Part shown: one piece after another, positions 12,050 to 25,342 of the stretch
Numbering within the stretch: position 1 is the first letter of the stretch
How the letters are laid out: each line of letters opens with the position of its first letter
Assembly (NCBI RefSeq): GCF_009914755.1
Contig: NC_060934.1
Origin: the human T2T-CHM13v2.0 reference genome, Homo sapiens
DNA length: 64,000 bases
Strand: one strand, 5' to 3'
The notes under the pieces: generated by a model
Database searches by the model: none
Seen by the model: only the letters and a program-made list of their open reading frames with translations
What the model was told of the DNA's origin: nothing
Program-made: the position numbers and the translations under genes

Positions 12050-12769
12050 TTAATGGATAGAGAAGAGAATAGGAAAGACCAAGAGAAAGGCAGTTATTGT
12101 AAGAATTAGTCAGATGATGATGAGGTCTTACCTAAGCCAGTATTAGCAGTATGTGGAAAAAAAGCACATTTCCTGGATAAATTAAGCTATATACATCTGG
12201 CTAAAAATAACTAAATGAGGAAAAGAGACATTTAATTATTTCAGGCTATTGAGTCTCCCACTACAATCAATGATAGCAAGCCCCAGAATGTATGTGAGAA
12301 TGTATTTTTGGAGTCTTAGTTATCAAGTACATTTTACTTACTGCCAACTGGCCTCTCTGAGTATGATTCTTGTATTTAAGGATTTTTACTTTTTCGTGAA
12401 ACATGGCCTTTAAACAAAAGTCAACCACTTCATTTGCACTCAATATGTTCTGTTGCTGCAGGGAAAGCTGGTCATGTTGAACTTACTGAGAGACAGTATG
12501 TCAGACTCTGATGTGATGATTTCCTAAGGTATTCTCAAGGATGCTTTTGACCATATGTAATTATTCTCCTTTGAAGATGACTTCAGCATCCACTCCCTGT
12601 GTAGGTTATAACTGTGATCCCAGGTAGGACTGATGACCGCATACTTCCCCCTTTCTCTCTAAATCTATTCACTTGATTCTCCAGCCCCGGCTACAAAAAT
12701 ATATTTGCATCCTTTTATAAGAGAGAGTTTTAATAATCTCTAGACAAAAGTAGAAGCACCATGGGCATT

Positions 12770-12930
12770 AGAAGCTGAAAGGACTGAGATTTTATGGCTT
12801 TTCTGGGAATATCAAACACCAATAAAACCAGCCCACTCAATTTTTGAATAATAAAACTGAAATTCAGAGAAAGAAACTGACCAAATCTGATCCAATATGG
12901 CAGAACTGAAAGGTAAACCCAAATCTTTAA
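12770..12930 (-). mobile_element. MIR/MIR3 fragment
   Basis: aaaactgaaattcagagaa...ggcagaactgaaaggtaaacccaaatct. Confidence 0.45.
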
Positions 12931-12991
12931 GAGGTTTTAATCTCTAGAGACTATTTATCTCTCTTAGGATACTCCAGAAAAGGCTTTTCTT

Positions 12992-13307
<316 letters not shown>

Positions 13308-14360
13308 TGAAAAGGCTTTTCTTGAAAGAGCAAACATGTGTTATGTTATTTTCTCTTAATTTCAAAGGACATGCAAACTTTAGCTGTGTGGAATTACATG
13401 GTACAAAGGCATAGAACCTTCATATGTATCTCCTATATTTTAAAATGCCTCATTTTTATCTTCTTCAATATAGAGTAATTCAATACAAACAGAAAACAGT
13501 TGCATTTTGAGAAGTTTGTAAATAATTTGATTTTCCTAGAAGTTTAACAGAAAGATTCATTCTACCTATAAATGTAAAGAAGGTTGTTCCTTACTCCATA
13601 AACACTGGCATACTCCACTTTATCACAAAATACCAGGGGCCGAGTCTTCAATATTGCAGTCCTTTGTAGCTAACCGCCTGTATGGACATTTAGTTACAGC
13701 CAAAGGTATTTGTTCTTCATTTGACTGGATGGGATCCTGAGCCCTTTTGACTATTGGCTGATGTAATTACAGAGCTCTCAACTTTCTACCACAGGAGCCC
13801 CTGATGATGCCTAAGAAGAACTACAGCAAAACATAATGGGCTATGAGTTGAAGAGGAGGGTATCCTGGTGCCTCACTGGTGATGGCTTGGCCAGCCAGGT
13901 TGACATTCCACACCACTGTTAAAGACAGGTGCCCATCAGAAGCAGCAGGCCTTCTGGGAAACTGAGGAACAACAGCTGCAGAGGCTGCAGCAGGGCAGCA
14001 GCCACAATGACACAGTGTTGTTCAAAGAGTGTGGTGATGTTGGGAGTGATAGAGGGAAGGCAGCACGAAGTGGCTTACAGGAGGGAAGTCAAAAGGGGTG
14101 GAAAGCCAAATGCTGCTGACCAAAAGCTGGTGGTGGCACTGTGGTAACGCAGCAATGCCAAGCACATCATCTGTAGCAACCTTGTGGCCCATAAAGGTGA
14201 TCTGCAGAAGAACAAGATCCCAAAGCTATTGGGTGGCAGGAGCACAAAAAAGACAAAGCTAAGTAACCAAACTTCATCTTCACCAGAAGCTTCAGACTGC
14301 AGCTAGGGCATGTTGGAGGAAATGGAAGTTAGAGAATAACAGAGCATAATCCCATCTGCC

Positions 14361-15092
14361 TTTTTTTTTTAATGGACAGATGAAATTGTATGAATTTACT
14401 GTGTACAACATGATGTTTTGAAGTATATATATATATATATATATATATGTTACAGAATGACTAAATCTAGCTAATTAACATATTCTTTACCTCATACAGT
14501 TATCATTTTTGTGGTGAGAACACTTTATATCCACTCTGTTAGAATTTTTCAAGAATGCAGTATATTATTTATTTTAGTCACCATGTTGTACAATAGATCT
14601 CTTGAACTTATTCCTCCTATCTAACTGAAATTTTGTATCCTTTGACCAAAATCTCCCCAACACCCACCAACCACCCAAGCCCCTGGCAACCACCATTTCT
14701 ACTCTCTACTTCTATGAGATCAACTTTTTAAAATTCCACATATGAATGAGATCGTGTAGTGTTTGTCATTCTATGACTGCCTTACTTCACTAAACAATGT
14801 CCTCCAGGTTCATCCATGTTGTCACAAATAACATGATATCCCTTTTATGGCTGAAGAGTATTCAATTGTGTATATGAACCCCATTTTCTTTATCCATTAA
14901 TCCATTGATGGATGTGTCTATTCACCCGTTGATTTCATATATTGACGATTGTGAATAATGCTACAATAAACATGAGAGTGCCGATATCTCTTCTATATAC
15001 TAATTAATTTCCTTGGGATATATACTCAGTAATGGGACTACTGGATCATATGGTAGTTCTGCTTTTAATCTTCTAAGAGACTTTCATACTGC
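14361..15092 (-). mobile_element. L1MA8/9 3' end, 5'-truncated, with (TA)n at ~14424-14448
   Basis: tgtacaacatgatgttttga...gtcaccatgttgtacaatagatctcttgaacttattcc. Confidence 0.85.
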
Positions 15093-15904
15093 CTGTATTT
15101 TAAAAGAAATATGTGTACATGTTTATGCATTTGCATATATATGCATGAGTGTAAGGGGGTATAGATAGATTGTATGAGCATAGGAAAACATTTGGAAGCA
15201 TATTAATCAAATTATTTACTATGATTATCTCTAGTTGAAAAAGAAGACAGGTGGAGGAGGGCACTCTCTTTTCTTAATTATACAAAAAATGGGTTGACAT
15301 CCATGGCAGTAGCAATGGATTTCACTTTTTTTTAAGTGTTTGTTTATTTCTATACATACATTTCCAAAAGTCTAACTCTGTGTTGCAGCTCCATTTAGTG
15401 GGAAGTTAGAAAAAACTTCTTCATATGCGTCATCCTTATTTTATAACTCTGCAAATGGGTATATCCTTCTGACCCTGCAGAAATATGAAGCTCAAGGGCT
15501 TCCAAGAGTGTCCCGTACTTGGGAAAGTAATATGATGAAAATATGATATTGGCTTTTTCCTTTTATTTTCATCAAAAAAGAAAAAAATATACTTGAAACA
15601 TCCTTGTAGGAAAATTGCCATTCCAGAAGATATGGGAAAACCTTGTTATTTTCGCATTCCCCATCAATCCATGCTTTTGAGGTCCTATACCAGTGGCCAT
15701 GTCTATGGATTTGGTCATGCCAAAGGACACTTCTCCAGTGTTTTTACTGCAGGAAGCCAACTGTCTTCCTTCCTATTCTGAATTGAGGAGACCTTAATAA
15801 CATGAATAGCTGAGAGGTAGCCAAAGTAGCTTTATTTATCCCTTGACTTGATGTCTCTATTCTTTTGCCCCAGATTACAGCCCAGACAAGCAAAAGAAAT
15901 GAGA

Positions 15905-17166
15905 ATAAATGGTGCTGGGAAAACTGGCTAGCCATATGTAGAAAGCTGAAACTGGATCCCTTCCTTACACTTTATACAAAAGTTAATTCAAGATGGATTA
16001 AAGACTTAAATGTTAGACCTAAAACCATAAAAACCCTAGAAGAAAACCTAAGCAATGCCATTCAGGACACAGGCATGGGCAAGGACTTCATGACTAAAAC
16101 ACCAAAAGCAATGGCAACAAAAGACAAAATTGATAAATGGGATCTAATTAAACTAAAGAGCTTCTGCACAGCGAAAGAAACTACCATCAGAGTGAACAGG
16201 CAACCTACAGAATGGGAGAAAATTTTTGCAATCTACCCATCTGACAAAGGGCTAATATCTAGAATCTACAAAGAACTCAAACAAATTTACAAGAAAAAAA
16301 AAACCCATCAAAAAGTGGGCAAAGGATATGAACAGTCACTTCTCAAAAGAAGACATCTATGCAGCCAACAGACACATGAAAAAATGCCCATCAGCACTGG
16401 CCATCAGAGAAATGCAAATCAAAACCACAATGAGATACCATCTCACGCCAGTTAGAATGGCAATCATTAAAAAGTCAGGAAACAACAGATGCTGGAAAGG
16501 ATGTCGAGAAATAGGAACACTTTTACACTGTTGGTGGGAGTGTAAATTAGTTCAACCATTGTGGAAGACAGTGTGGAGATTCCTCAAGGATCTAAAACTA
16601 GAATTACCATTTGACCCAGCCATCCCATTACTGGGTATATACCCAAAGGATTATAAATAATGCTACTATAAAGACACATGCACACATATGTTTATTGCGG
16701 CACTATTCACAATAGCAAAGACTTGGAACCAACCCAAATATCCATCAATGATAGATTGGATTAAGAAAATGTGGCACATATACACCATGGAATACTATGC
16801 AGCCATAAAAATGGATGATTTCATGTCCTTTGCAGGGACATGGATGAAGCTGGAAACCATTATTTTCAGCAAACTATCACAAGGACAGAAAACCAAACAC
16901 TGCATGTTCTTACTCATAGGTGGGAATTGAACAATGAGAACACTTGGACACAGGGCAGGAAACATCACACACCAGGGCCTGTCTGAGGGTGGGATGTTGG
17001 GGGAGGGATAGCATTAGGAGAAATACCTAATGTAATTGATGAGTTGATGGGTGCAGCAAACCAACATGGCAAATGTATACCTATGTATCAAACCTGCACG
17101 TTGTGCACATGTACCCTAGAACTTAAAAGTATAATAAAAAAAATAAAATTATAAGGCAAAAAAAGA
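15905..17166 (+). mobile_element. 5'-truncated L1PA (PA5-PA7 range)
   Basis: ORF2 C-terminal peptides ([18 protein letters not shown]...), 3'UTR, A-rich tail, 13-bp TSD aaaagaaatgaga at 15892-15904 and 17167-17179. Confidence 0.95.
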
Positions 17167-17429
17167 AAAAGAAATGAGAGTAATATTCTATTTAAGAAGA
17201 TAAAACAGTTTTTACTTCTTTTCTCAGTTATTAGCATCCCTCCATATAACACTAAGTATACAGTAGGAAAAACTTGTCTTCTAGGAGTCACATATTCATT
17301 AAAATGAATACCAAAGCTTTATTAATGAAGCTTTACAGAATTTTATTCCCAACACCCTCATTGATTATTGCTAACTAAAATTTTAAAACTCCAATCTGTA
17401 ATAATAACTCCCACAAAGAACATTAGCTT

Positions 17430-17600
17430 TGAATTTGTTGTGCATGAGGCTCACCTGGAGTGCTTGATGAATATATAGATTCCTGAGCATCACCTGTAAT
17501 TAGTCTCATTCAGTTCAGGTCAGGCATGAATCCCAGGAATCTCCATTTTATCCCGTACTGCAGGCAGTCTAATGAAAGTAAGCTAAAAGTTGTGGTTCCA
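17430..17600. mobile_element. MER5-type hAT MITE
   Basis: tcacctggagtgcttg...agattcctgag...cccaggaatctccatttta. Confidence 0.55.
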
Positions 17601-17681
17601 TTGTAGTGATTTGGGGGATACGGAATAGGGTACAAGTCTCAATCCTCATTTTTAAAAGATAATAACCTTGGATATGACTAG

Positions 17682-17795
17682 CATTCATTCATCATTCAGT
17701 TTAATAAATATGTATTGATTGCCTACATGTTCCAGGCACTAGGTAGTAAGGATACCAGCACAAGGCAACTTCTGCCCTTGAGGAGCTTATAACTT
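17682..17795 (-). mobile_element. L2 3' end
   Basis: cattcattcatcattcag...ttgattgcctacatgttccaggcact...ctgcccttgaggagctt. Confidence 0.7.
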
Positions 17796-18034
17796 TAGAA
17801 AAACAGGAGCTGAGTTTCTGCTGCCCTCTCCTCATGCCCTAGGTGACCAAATGATATTCTGTTATCATCATTACTTTAAGTATCATCTGGGAACATAAGG
17901 CAAAAGGTTCCTTAAACATTTTAATGTCTTGGACAGAAATGGTATCCAGAGGGCATTGGAGGAGCCATGAAGCCTGCAAATACTGTGTGAGGCAAGGCTT
18001 TATATTTGGTGGGAAATAGGAGGATGGTAAGAGG

Positions 18035-18424
18035 TGTCTATACAACAGCAAAGCACCTTTGTGTTTGCCAGAATCCCTGATACGTAAGTCATGATGGAAG
18101 GCTTAACTATCTGGATAATCATGTCTATGACTTTGACCCTGAAGAAATGCAAATACAGAGGGCCTACCATGATAATATTTGGTACAGAGGTTGGACGGAA
18201 TGTCCAACAGCAGTCTGGAGGGTTCAAATGAACAGTGTTGGCAATGTTTTTGGCAGCACCACAGCCAGACTACTTCTGGGTATGAGGTGATCTACTTCAG
18301 CTCCAACACACTCTCTAAGATTGGTTCTCCAGCCTTCTGATTAGGTCTTTTCAGTAAATTTGTTTTCTACTTTTGTTGTCAGGTCAGTTTCTGCTATTTA
18401 TAATCAAGAACCCCGACTGATACC
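18035..18424 (+). mobile_element. ERVL-class LTR (LTR16/MLT2-like), 5' LTR of the relic provirus
   Basis: Ends aatcaagaaccccgactgatac, directly followed by PBS-like ggtatcag and ERVL internal sequence. Confidence 0.55.
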
Positions 18425-19719
18425 AAAACCGGTATCAGTAGGTAACAGAGAACACATTCTCAGAGAAGTGGCAGGATGAAAACCTGATATGTGGACTACG
18501 TAGGCCCAAAATCATAGAGAATCCCATTAGCACAGGAGACTGAAAGACCCTGGAATGTAATGATAAATCAGCCAACTAAATTATCATCTCTGTTTATCTC
18601 GAATGAAGTGCCCATTGAGGACAGTTCTCTCGGATCAAGTTGCTACTTCCATTTAAAAGTGAAAAGAGCATAGAAGTCAAAGACTACAGAGTGAGATGCC
18701 AGTCTATCACCTTACTGGACAGCTCACAGAAAAAGAATAAGAGTTCCCCAAATTCTCATATAAATGTTGTTTATGATGAAGCTAAAATAATATTTTATTT
18801 ACTGATGCAACAAGGTTCAGGAAATTATGTCTGCTGAATTCACTGCCATTGTTCTAGGGCTGGTGTGACCCCTAAGAATATACAGGAGGTTTGGAAAAAC
18901 TTGGACTACTTGAATCCTCATCTCCCACTGCCAGCCTTCTCCCTGTCAATGAGGTCATCTCTTTTGGCTTGAAGATATTGTCTTAGCTTACCTAAGGGAG
19001 TTACCTTACCAAGTGGACCAACTTTTCTCATGTCCACTTTTTTTTCTTCTTTGTCTTCAAACTTAAAACCACAGCCAGGTTTCAGCATGTCCTGGAAAGC
19101 CAGTTGCAAAGTCAAGCCAAAGAAGAGAAAGCTTACACACCAAACATCTTCAGTACCATACTGACTTATACCACTGGAATCTTGAGAATATGTGTGAAAA
19201 ATAAAATAGATTTATTGTAATTCGAATTGAAATAGATGGATGATGAATCTACCCAAATTTATTATTATGTGTGCCAGAAATTCTACATTAAGCATTCTGG
19301 CCAAACATCTGAGAATAGTTCTAATTCTTTGCTCAGCTGGTTTGTGAAATTCTGAACAATATAAGGTGTTCACATAATATTAATGTGATATTCCAGTAAT
19401 TATTTTGACTAAGGTAGAGAAAGGAATAAAAAAGCACATTAAATAGAAGTCCTGGAGTAGCTTTATCTTATACATCTGACCGACCATTTTTATTTTTGTA
19501 ATTAAGCCCCAAATTAGGTCCAGAGAAATGTCCAGACCTCTTGGAGATTATTACGCTCTGGTTATGAGCTAATTCCAGGAGATTTATAGTGTTACTCTGG
19601 TCTGCAAATCAAAGTGAGGGTTGATGGAGGTCAAGTGATGAGTTCTGACACTAATCTACCTCATACAAAACAAAATGAGACATCAAACCCATCCTGTATT
19701 TATTTTCCCCGTTCTTGAG

Positions 19720-20216
19720 TATCTTAATCCATTCAGGCTGCTATAACAAAACAGTATAAGCTAGGTAGCTTATAAATAACACAAATTTATTTCTCATATT
19801 TCTCTTTATTTGGCTGATTAATCTACCATTACATTCTCAGGTATTTCAGGCTCCTGTGCTGATGGAATTCCCCATGACTTTGGGTCCATGTAGTCCACAT
19901 ATCTGATATCAGGTTTTCATCCTGCCATCTCTCTGGAAGCTGGGAAGTCCAAGATCAGAGCACTGGCAGATTTAGTGTCTGGCAGGGTCCCTCTTCCAGG
20001 TTCATAGATGGCACCTTCTCACTGTGTACTCACATGTTGGAAAGGGGGTAAGGCAGCTCTCTGGGGCCTCTTATATAAGGGCATCAATCCGATTTATGAG
20101 GGCTCTACCCTCACTACCTAATCACCTTCCAACAGCCCTCTTTCTAATACCTTCTCCTTGGGATTAGGATTTCAACATATGAATTTTGGAAAAACACAAA
20201 CATTCAGATCATAGCA
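19720..20216 (-). mobile_element. MLT1A-type MaLR LTR inserted in the ERVL protease region
   Basis: tatcttaatccattcaggctgctataacaaaa...gggaagtccaagatcag...cattcagatcatagca. Confidence 0.85.
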
Positions 20217-21589
20217 TCAAATATATAATTGGAATCAATAATCCTCATCAAATATAGAATCTGCCTCTTTGTTCTTGGCCCATGGAAATTTTTTCTTGGT
20301 GGAAATAGAAATCCCTGGGGCTCTCCATTTCTATCAAATACTAAATCAAAGTCAATTAGGCATTCCTCTGGTATTAGTACCATTCATTATCAATAAACTA
20401 AAGGATATAGTGATGATGACTTCTATCACATCCCCATTCAATCATCTAGATTGCCTCATACACAGCACAGATAATCATAAGCTCAATCAGGTCTGACTCT
20501 TATTAAAGTTTCTAATCCTTGTCTGATTTCATTATTGGAGCCTATCAACACAGTTCCTGATACCTAATATGTAGCCACTGAATTGATGAGTATTTTTTTC
20601 CTCTAAACTAAAACATCACTAGCAGTTTGATTTTTATGTATATCTTTGCAGTGTTTCTTCATGATTACTTCAATGTTTCACTCAGTATCCTAATTTATTC
20701 TGCAAGATATTTTACCAGATATAATGTTGAATGGCATTCTACCACATTGAAGAGATCTTTCTTTTTTAAAGGATCTACAGAGCAGGAGGCAGTAATGCAG
20801 AGGATGACATGATAAGACATGTGTGTAGAGGGTGACGCCTAAAACTCATAAGAAAATATAGAATTGTAACTTCAGGTAAGGTTCTGAGGTTCCAGTGCTC
20901 TGGAGTTATTGAAATATCACCTTTCAAGCATTAGACAAGTTGCTACACATCGTGAACTATGTTTACCCCACTGTTTGGTAGAGCTTTTTTGATTTTGAAA
21001 GAAATATATACCTCATTTGGTCATACTTTTCTGAACCATTTACTCAGTAACCTGAAAAACCTTAAACTTTGAGACAGATGCAGAGCAAAAGGTTCTCTGG
21101 ACCATATTCCAGGCAGCAGTGAAATAATCAATGCCCCTTGACACTCATGACTCAGTAGATTAAATGGTACTTGATATATCTCTGGCAGGCTAGAATATTG
21201 TATTCAACTTTGATATGCCTCAGTAGGAGAAACACAGGAATAGACCCTTAGGCCATGTACTCTTGAGCAAATAACTATATTCCTTTTGGAAAACAGCTCT
21301 TGACTTTCTACTGGGTGCTGATAAAAAGTAAATGCCTAGCCACAAGATATCTGGTGATCTGAGCTGCCAATCATATATATGGTATTATCAGATTCACCTT
21401 ATCATGTAGCTTCTTTTCATTAAGAGGAAGAGGTTCAAATGGACCAAGTTGTGAGCAAGTTCTACAGGCAAAAATCAGAAACATGAACAGGTGAATTTTG
21501 TCACATTATCACCCCTCATCAGCCCACACTATGTTTCGAGGAGAATTAATAACTATGACCTGGAATGAGTTAATAAAGATATGCATGCA

Positions 21590-21750
21590 TGGCTGGGCAT
21601 GATGGTCAAATTCAGAGGAGGGCACTCCTTAAGAAAACAAATAAAACTTATGAGTAAAAATTAAAAAGATACCAGATCTTGGAAGAATCCTTGCATATGA
21701 GGAGTTCTTAAACTTAAGCTTCATTAGTTTCACAGTAAAGCCTACTTTTG
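21590..21750 (-). mobile_element. MER53-like hAT MITE
   Basis: cttaagctttcattagtttcacagtaaagcct end motif. Confidence 0.55.
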
Positions 21751-22560
21751 CTGGTGTCAGCCAGAAGTGTATAAGGGAGGCCTGGGCTCTACCTCAATTC
21801 ATGGGCAAGACGGAAGTTTTTGCCATTTGGTCAGCAACAATAAGATTTAAGAATTGGTGTTGAAGTGTTTGGGGGAAGAAGTAGATAGAAGATCTGTGTC
21901 TCATGTGAATGTGTACCTGAGGTGCTCACCATGAAGGAGATGCTGAGGTAATGGCATTCTCTATGCTCCTTCTCTAAACTCCCAGTGATTGCCCAATGAG
22001 CTCATGAACAAAGTAGCTATGGTGGCAGGGATGGTGGCTCTTCATGGGCTCAAATACATGAATTTACCTCACAAAGACCTACCTGGCTACTGCCTCTGCT
22101 GAGTGCTCAATTTACAAGCAGTAGAGACTAATCTTACAATATATAATAATAATGTACTCTGTGAGGAACAGTGAGATACCTGGTGGCAGGTGATTGTGTT
22201 AAGCCAGAAGAATTTTGCAGAAAGTAAATCTTCATAAACAAGGAAGGAAAAACATCAGAAATTAAGCTTATAAACTCTGGAAAAATCATACAGGTTTGTT
22301 AAACCTTGGAGAGAACCAGTCAGAGAGAGAGAAATAATGCATAGTTAGTATGGTATAATGGTCCACAGTCTTTCAACTATAACTTTAAAGATACTCAGAA
22401 ATCTAGAAGGAATCTTAAAAGAAAGAGTTAAAGTCTCCTTCAATAGCTGCTCCAAAGTTATTCTTCTCATATTCCACTATTTTTTTTTGCCATGGCTTTA
22501 GGGTCCACACATTATAGCAATGGCATTACAATGTGATTATCATGAGGGATTTTATATATA

Positions 22561-22848
22561 CAGGCATCTCCAACTAGCAATGGTTTTTCAGCTTTACAAT
22601 GGGCTTATCAGGATGAAGCCTCATACTAAGTTGAGAATCTCCTTATGACTTAAGATGGGGTTATGGTTTCTACTGAAGGCATATCACTTTCACATCAACA
22701 TAAAGTAAAAGAATCCTAAATCAAACCGTCATAAGTGAAGGACCATCTGCTCTTTTGCCAGCACTATATGCACTTTCCACATAATGATATTTTTAACTTA
22801 TGGTGGGTTTACTGGGATGTAACTCCATTATTCAGTTGAGGAGTCTGT
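22561..22848. mobile_element. Tigger4/MER46-type TcMar MITE
   Basis: TA-flanked; repeated tgggtttactgggatgtaactccatt...gttgaggag units. Confidence 0.65.
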
Positions 22849-22859
22849 GTGTATAGAAA

Positions 22860-22932
22860 GAGACACAGAGAGAGAGAGAAACAGGCAGAGAGAGAGAGGG
22901 AGGGAGGGAGGGAGGGAGGGAGACAGAGAGGG
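22860..22932 (+). repeat. (GA)n/(GGGA)n purine tract
   Basis: Direct reading. Confidence 0.9.
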
Positions 22933-24229
22933 AATTTGTAGTCAGAGAATCACCACTCAAATGAGCAAAGAGTAATTGCAGCAAAGCTAAACACAATTTA
23001 GTTAGTTCCAACTTAGGAAAAGTTCAAGGAGGATTTTGGGCACTTAAGACAAAAAGCAATGCAAGAAGGGCAAGAAAATCACATACATGTGAAAGACTTA
23101 ATGGGACCAGGGTTCTTGAGATACCACTTAAACGTTAATAACCCAGAGCATCTCCTGATGACTCTGATCATGTCAGTGTACGTAAAAATCAATGAAGGTG
23201 TATACTGACACTGCCTTACCTGTCATGTAAGAATTCCTGCCCAGCTGGAATCAAGAACAGGAAAAAGGTATCATCTCACAATCCCATATCCTGTGTAAAG
23301 TGGCTTGGGTTTGGGGGCAACTTACGTTGCATTAGATTACTTTCTTTTTCTCCGCAACCCTTGTCGATTTGAGAAAGGGCACATGGCTTAGGATTAGCCA
23401 ATAGGGTGCATGTGGAGTCGGGGACTGGATTGCACTTGCAAAATAACTGGATGAGCTTGGAGTCCAGGTTTTGGAAGGTGGCAAAGCGTGAGGTGATTGG
23501 GCTAGAAGAGAGGCATAGAGGCAAAGACAGTGGCAAAGCTAAAGTCATCCTGGACCATGTGGTAAATTGTCAGCAAAGTCACTAAAGTTACCAAATGACG
23601 AGTGTGATTGGATTTGCTATGAAGTAGTGAATGGTATGAGGTTCAATGCAAGCAGTGGGGAGACAGCAGAATACTAACAGACAGAGATGTAAATCACAAA
23701 AACATAAGGCAGAAATTGTAGAATGAGCTTTGTGTTGTCACAAGAACTGGAATCAATGTTTTGTCAAAAATACAACCGGCTGTCTCTGTGGTGCTTTATA
23801 ATAGTGTAAACCAGTACTCACTACCTCACCCTAGTTTGGAGAGAAAGGTCTCAGTATACTTGAAAGTACTGAGAAAGGCTCAGCTGTTTTCCCACATCCA
23901 TGTTCCCAGGAGAGCCCTGATGCCCAGGACTAAGGAGGGGGAATGAGGCTGAAAGCTTCCAATATGCATTTTCATATAAATGTCCTGTTGTTTGAGAAAA
24001 AGAAAAAATATCCCTCTCTGTTCAGCTCCAATTCTATGTATCACACTGGCCCACAATGCTGGGGACCTTCCAGGTCCTTTGGTTCTTGTCTATTGCTTCC
24101 CTATGGGGCTTCTCCTGATACAACTTGCAGATCATTTCTCAAAAGGAAGTCACTGGAGAAAAAAAGATCTACTAAGATGTTAATATTTGCTAAAACTTTT
24201 TTAAATTTTGGGGGCTTTAAAAGTCTTTT

Positions 24230-24520
24230 CTGCCTTGTCAGCATGTTTTGGAGGAACAAAGAAGTGTGAGATTAACAGGGTATGGTAAAGACATGGGGAT
24301 GCAAATGAGCATTTGATTTTGAGGCTAGAAGGGGACCAACCATGTTGGTCAAGAATTTATGTTAGGAGGAGAAGGGAGATGAGGCTAGAAAAGAAATAAA
24401 AGAAAGATTGGACTGGGAGATAATTTTTCTGCTGGGATTAGGGGCTTGAACTTCATCTCATAGGTAATTAAGAGAATATGAGAGATTTTAAGCCACAGGA
24501 GTCAGTGAAAGGATGCCGTC
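24230..24520 (-). mobile_element. L2 fragment (continues ~25345-25480)
   Basis: gcatgttttggaggaacaaagaag...gagatgaggctagaaa...cttgaacttcatct. Confidence 0.5.
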
Positions 24521-24799
24521 TTTAACCATAGGTTTGGCAGGGAAGGCTATGGAGATTTTACCCACTTTGTTCCTTTGCCCACTCTTATGGGAGGAAGTTC
24601 TTTAGTACTAGAAAGTGGAAAGACATATACTATACAGGCAAAATGAAAAATATCTACTAAAAAACAATTAATACAAGAGGTATTAACAAGGTTATAGTGT
24701 TGCTACAATGTGAATGGGTGGGTGTTGTAGAAAACCGTTCATAGGCTGGCAGAAAGACAGCATCCTTAATGCAGTTGCGAGTGATGAGGGAATGTTAGT

Positions 24800-25342
24800 A
24801 ATCTATTGCTAATTAATTATCTATTGTTATATAATGGATGATTTTAACACTTAGTGCCCAAGAATCCAGGCATGGCTTAGTTGGATCTTCTGCTTCAGGT
24901 CTCTCACAAGACTATAATTAAGGTGTCAGCCAGAGCTGGAGTCTCATCTGAGGCTTGACAGGAACAGTCTACTTACAAGGGCATATTGTTGTGTATAGGA
25001 TTTAGTTTCTTGCAGGCTGTCAGAAGGCTTCAGTTCCTTGATGGCTGTTGGCCACAAGTCACACCCTCAGTTCCTTGCCATGTGAGCCTCTCCATAGGGC
25101 AGTTCACAACATGGGGGCTTGATTCATCAAAGCCAGCAAGGGAGATAATCGATAGAAAGTGCCTGCTAGCAAAGAGAAGATGTAATCTTATTTCCTGTAA
25201 CTATGGAAGTGATATACTACCATTCTGTTGGTTAGGAGGAAGTCATAATGCATACTCACACTCAAAGGGAGAGGATTACACAAGGGCATGGATACCGCGA
25301 GGCAGTGATAAGTGGGGAGCATCTTAGAGTCTGTCTGCCACA
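24800..25342 (-). mobile_element. MLT1E/F-type MaLR LTR
   Basis: aggtgtcagccagagctggagtctcatctgaggcttgac...atcttagagtctgtctgccaca. Confidence 0.75.

Larger units (their letters stand above)
18425..22200 (+). mobile_element. ERVL internal region relic (gag-pro-pol, heavily deleted)
   Basis: Peptide remnants HP..ISPV/IIGI (protease), TSPFN...HKLNQV (RT), NYIPFGKQLLTFYWVL (RNase H region), TWWQV (integrase). Confidence 0.8.

Noticed and set aside
13595-13677. Minus-strand coding exon (cag|G ... GGA|gtaagg)
   Set aside because: Weak polypyrimidine tract and stops in all three frames.
15865-16930. 196/110/80 aa ORFs as a gene
   Set aside because: C-terminal L1 ORF2 of a 5'-truncated copy.
17135-17166. 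L1 3' transduction (ttataaggc in the tail)
   Set aside because: Too short to distinguish from poly(A) decay.
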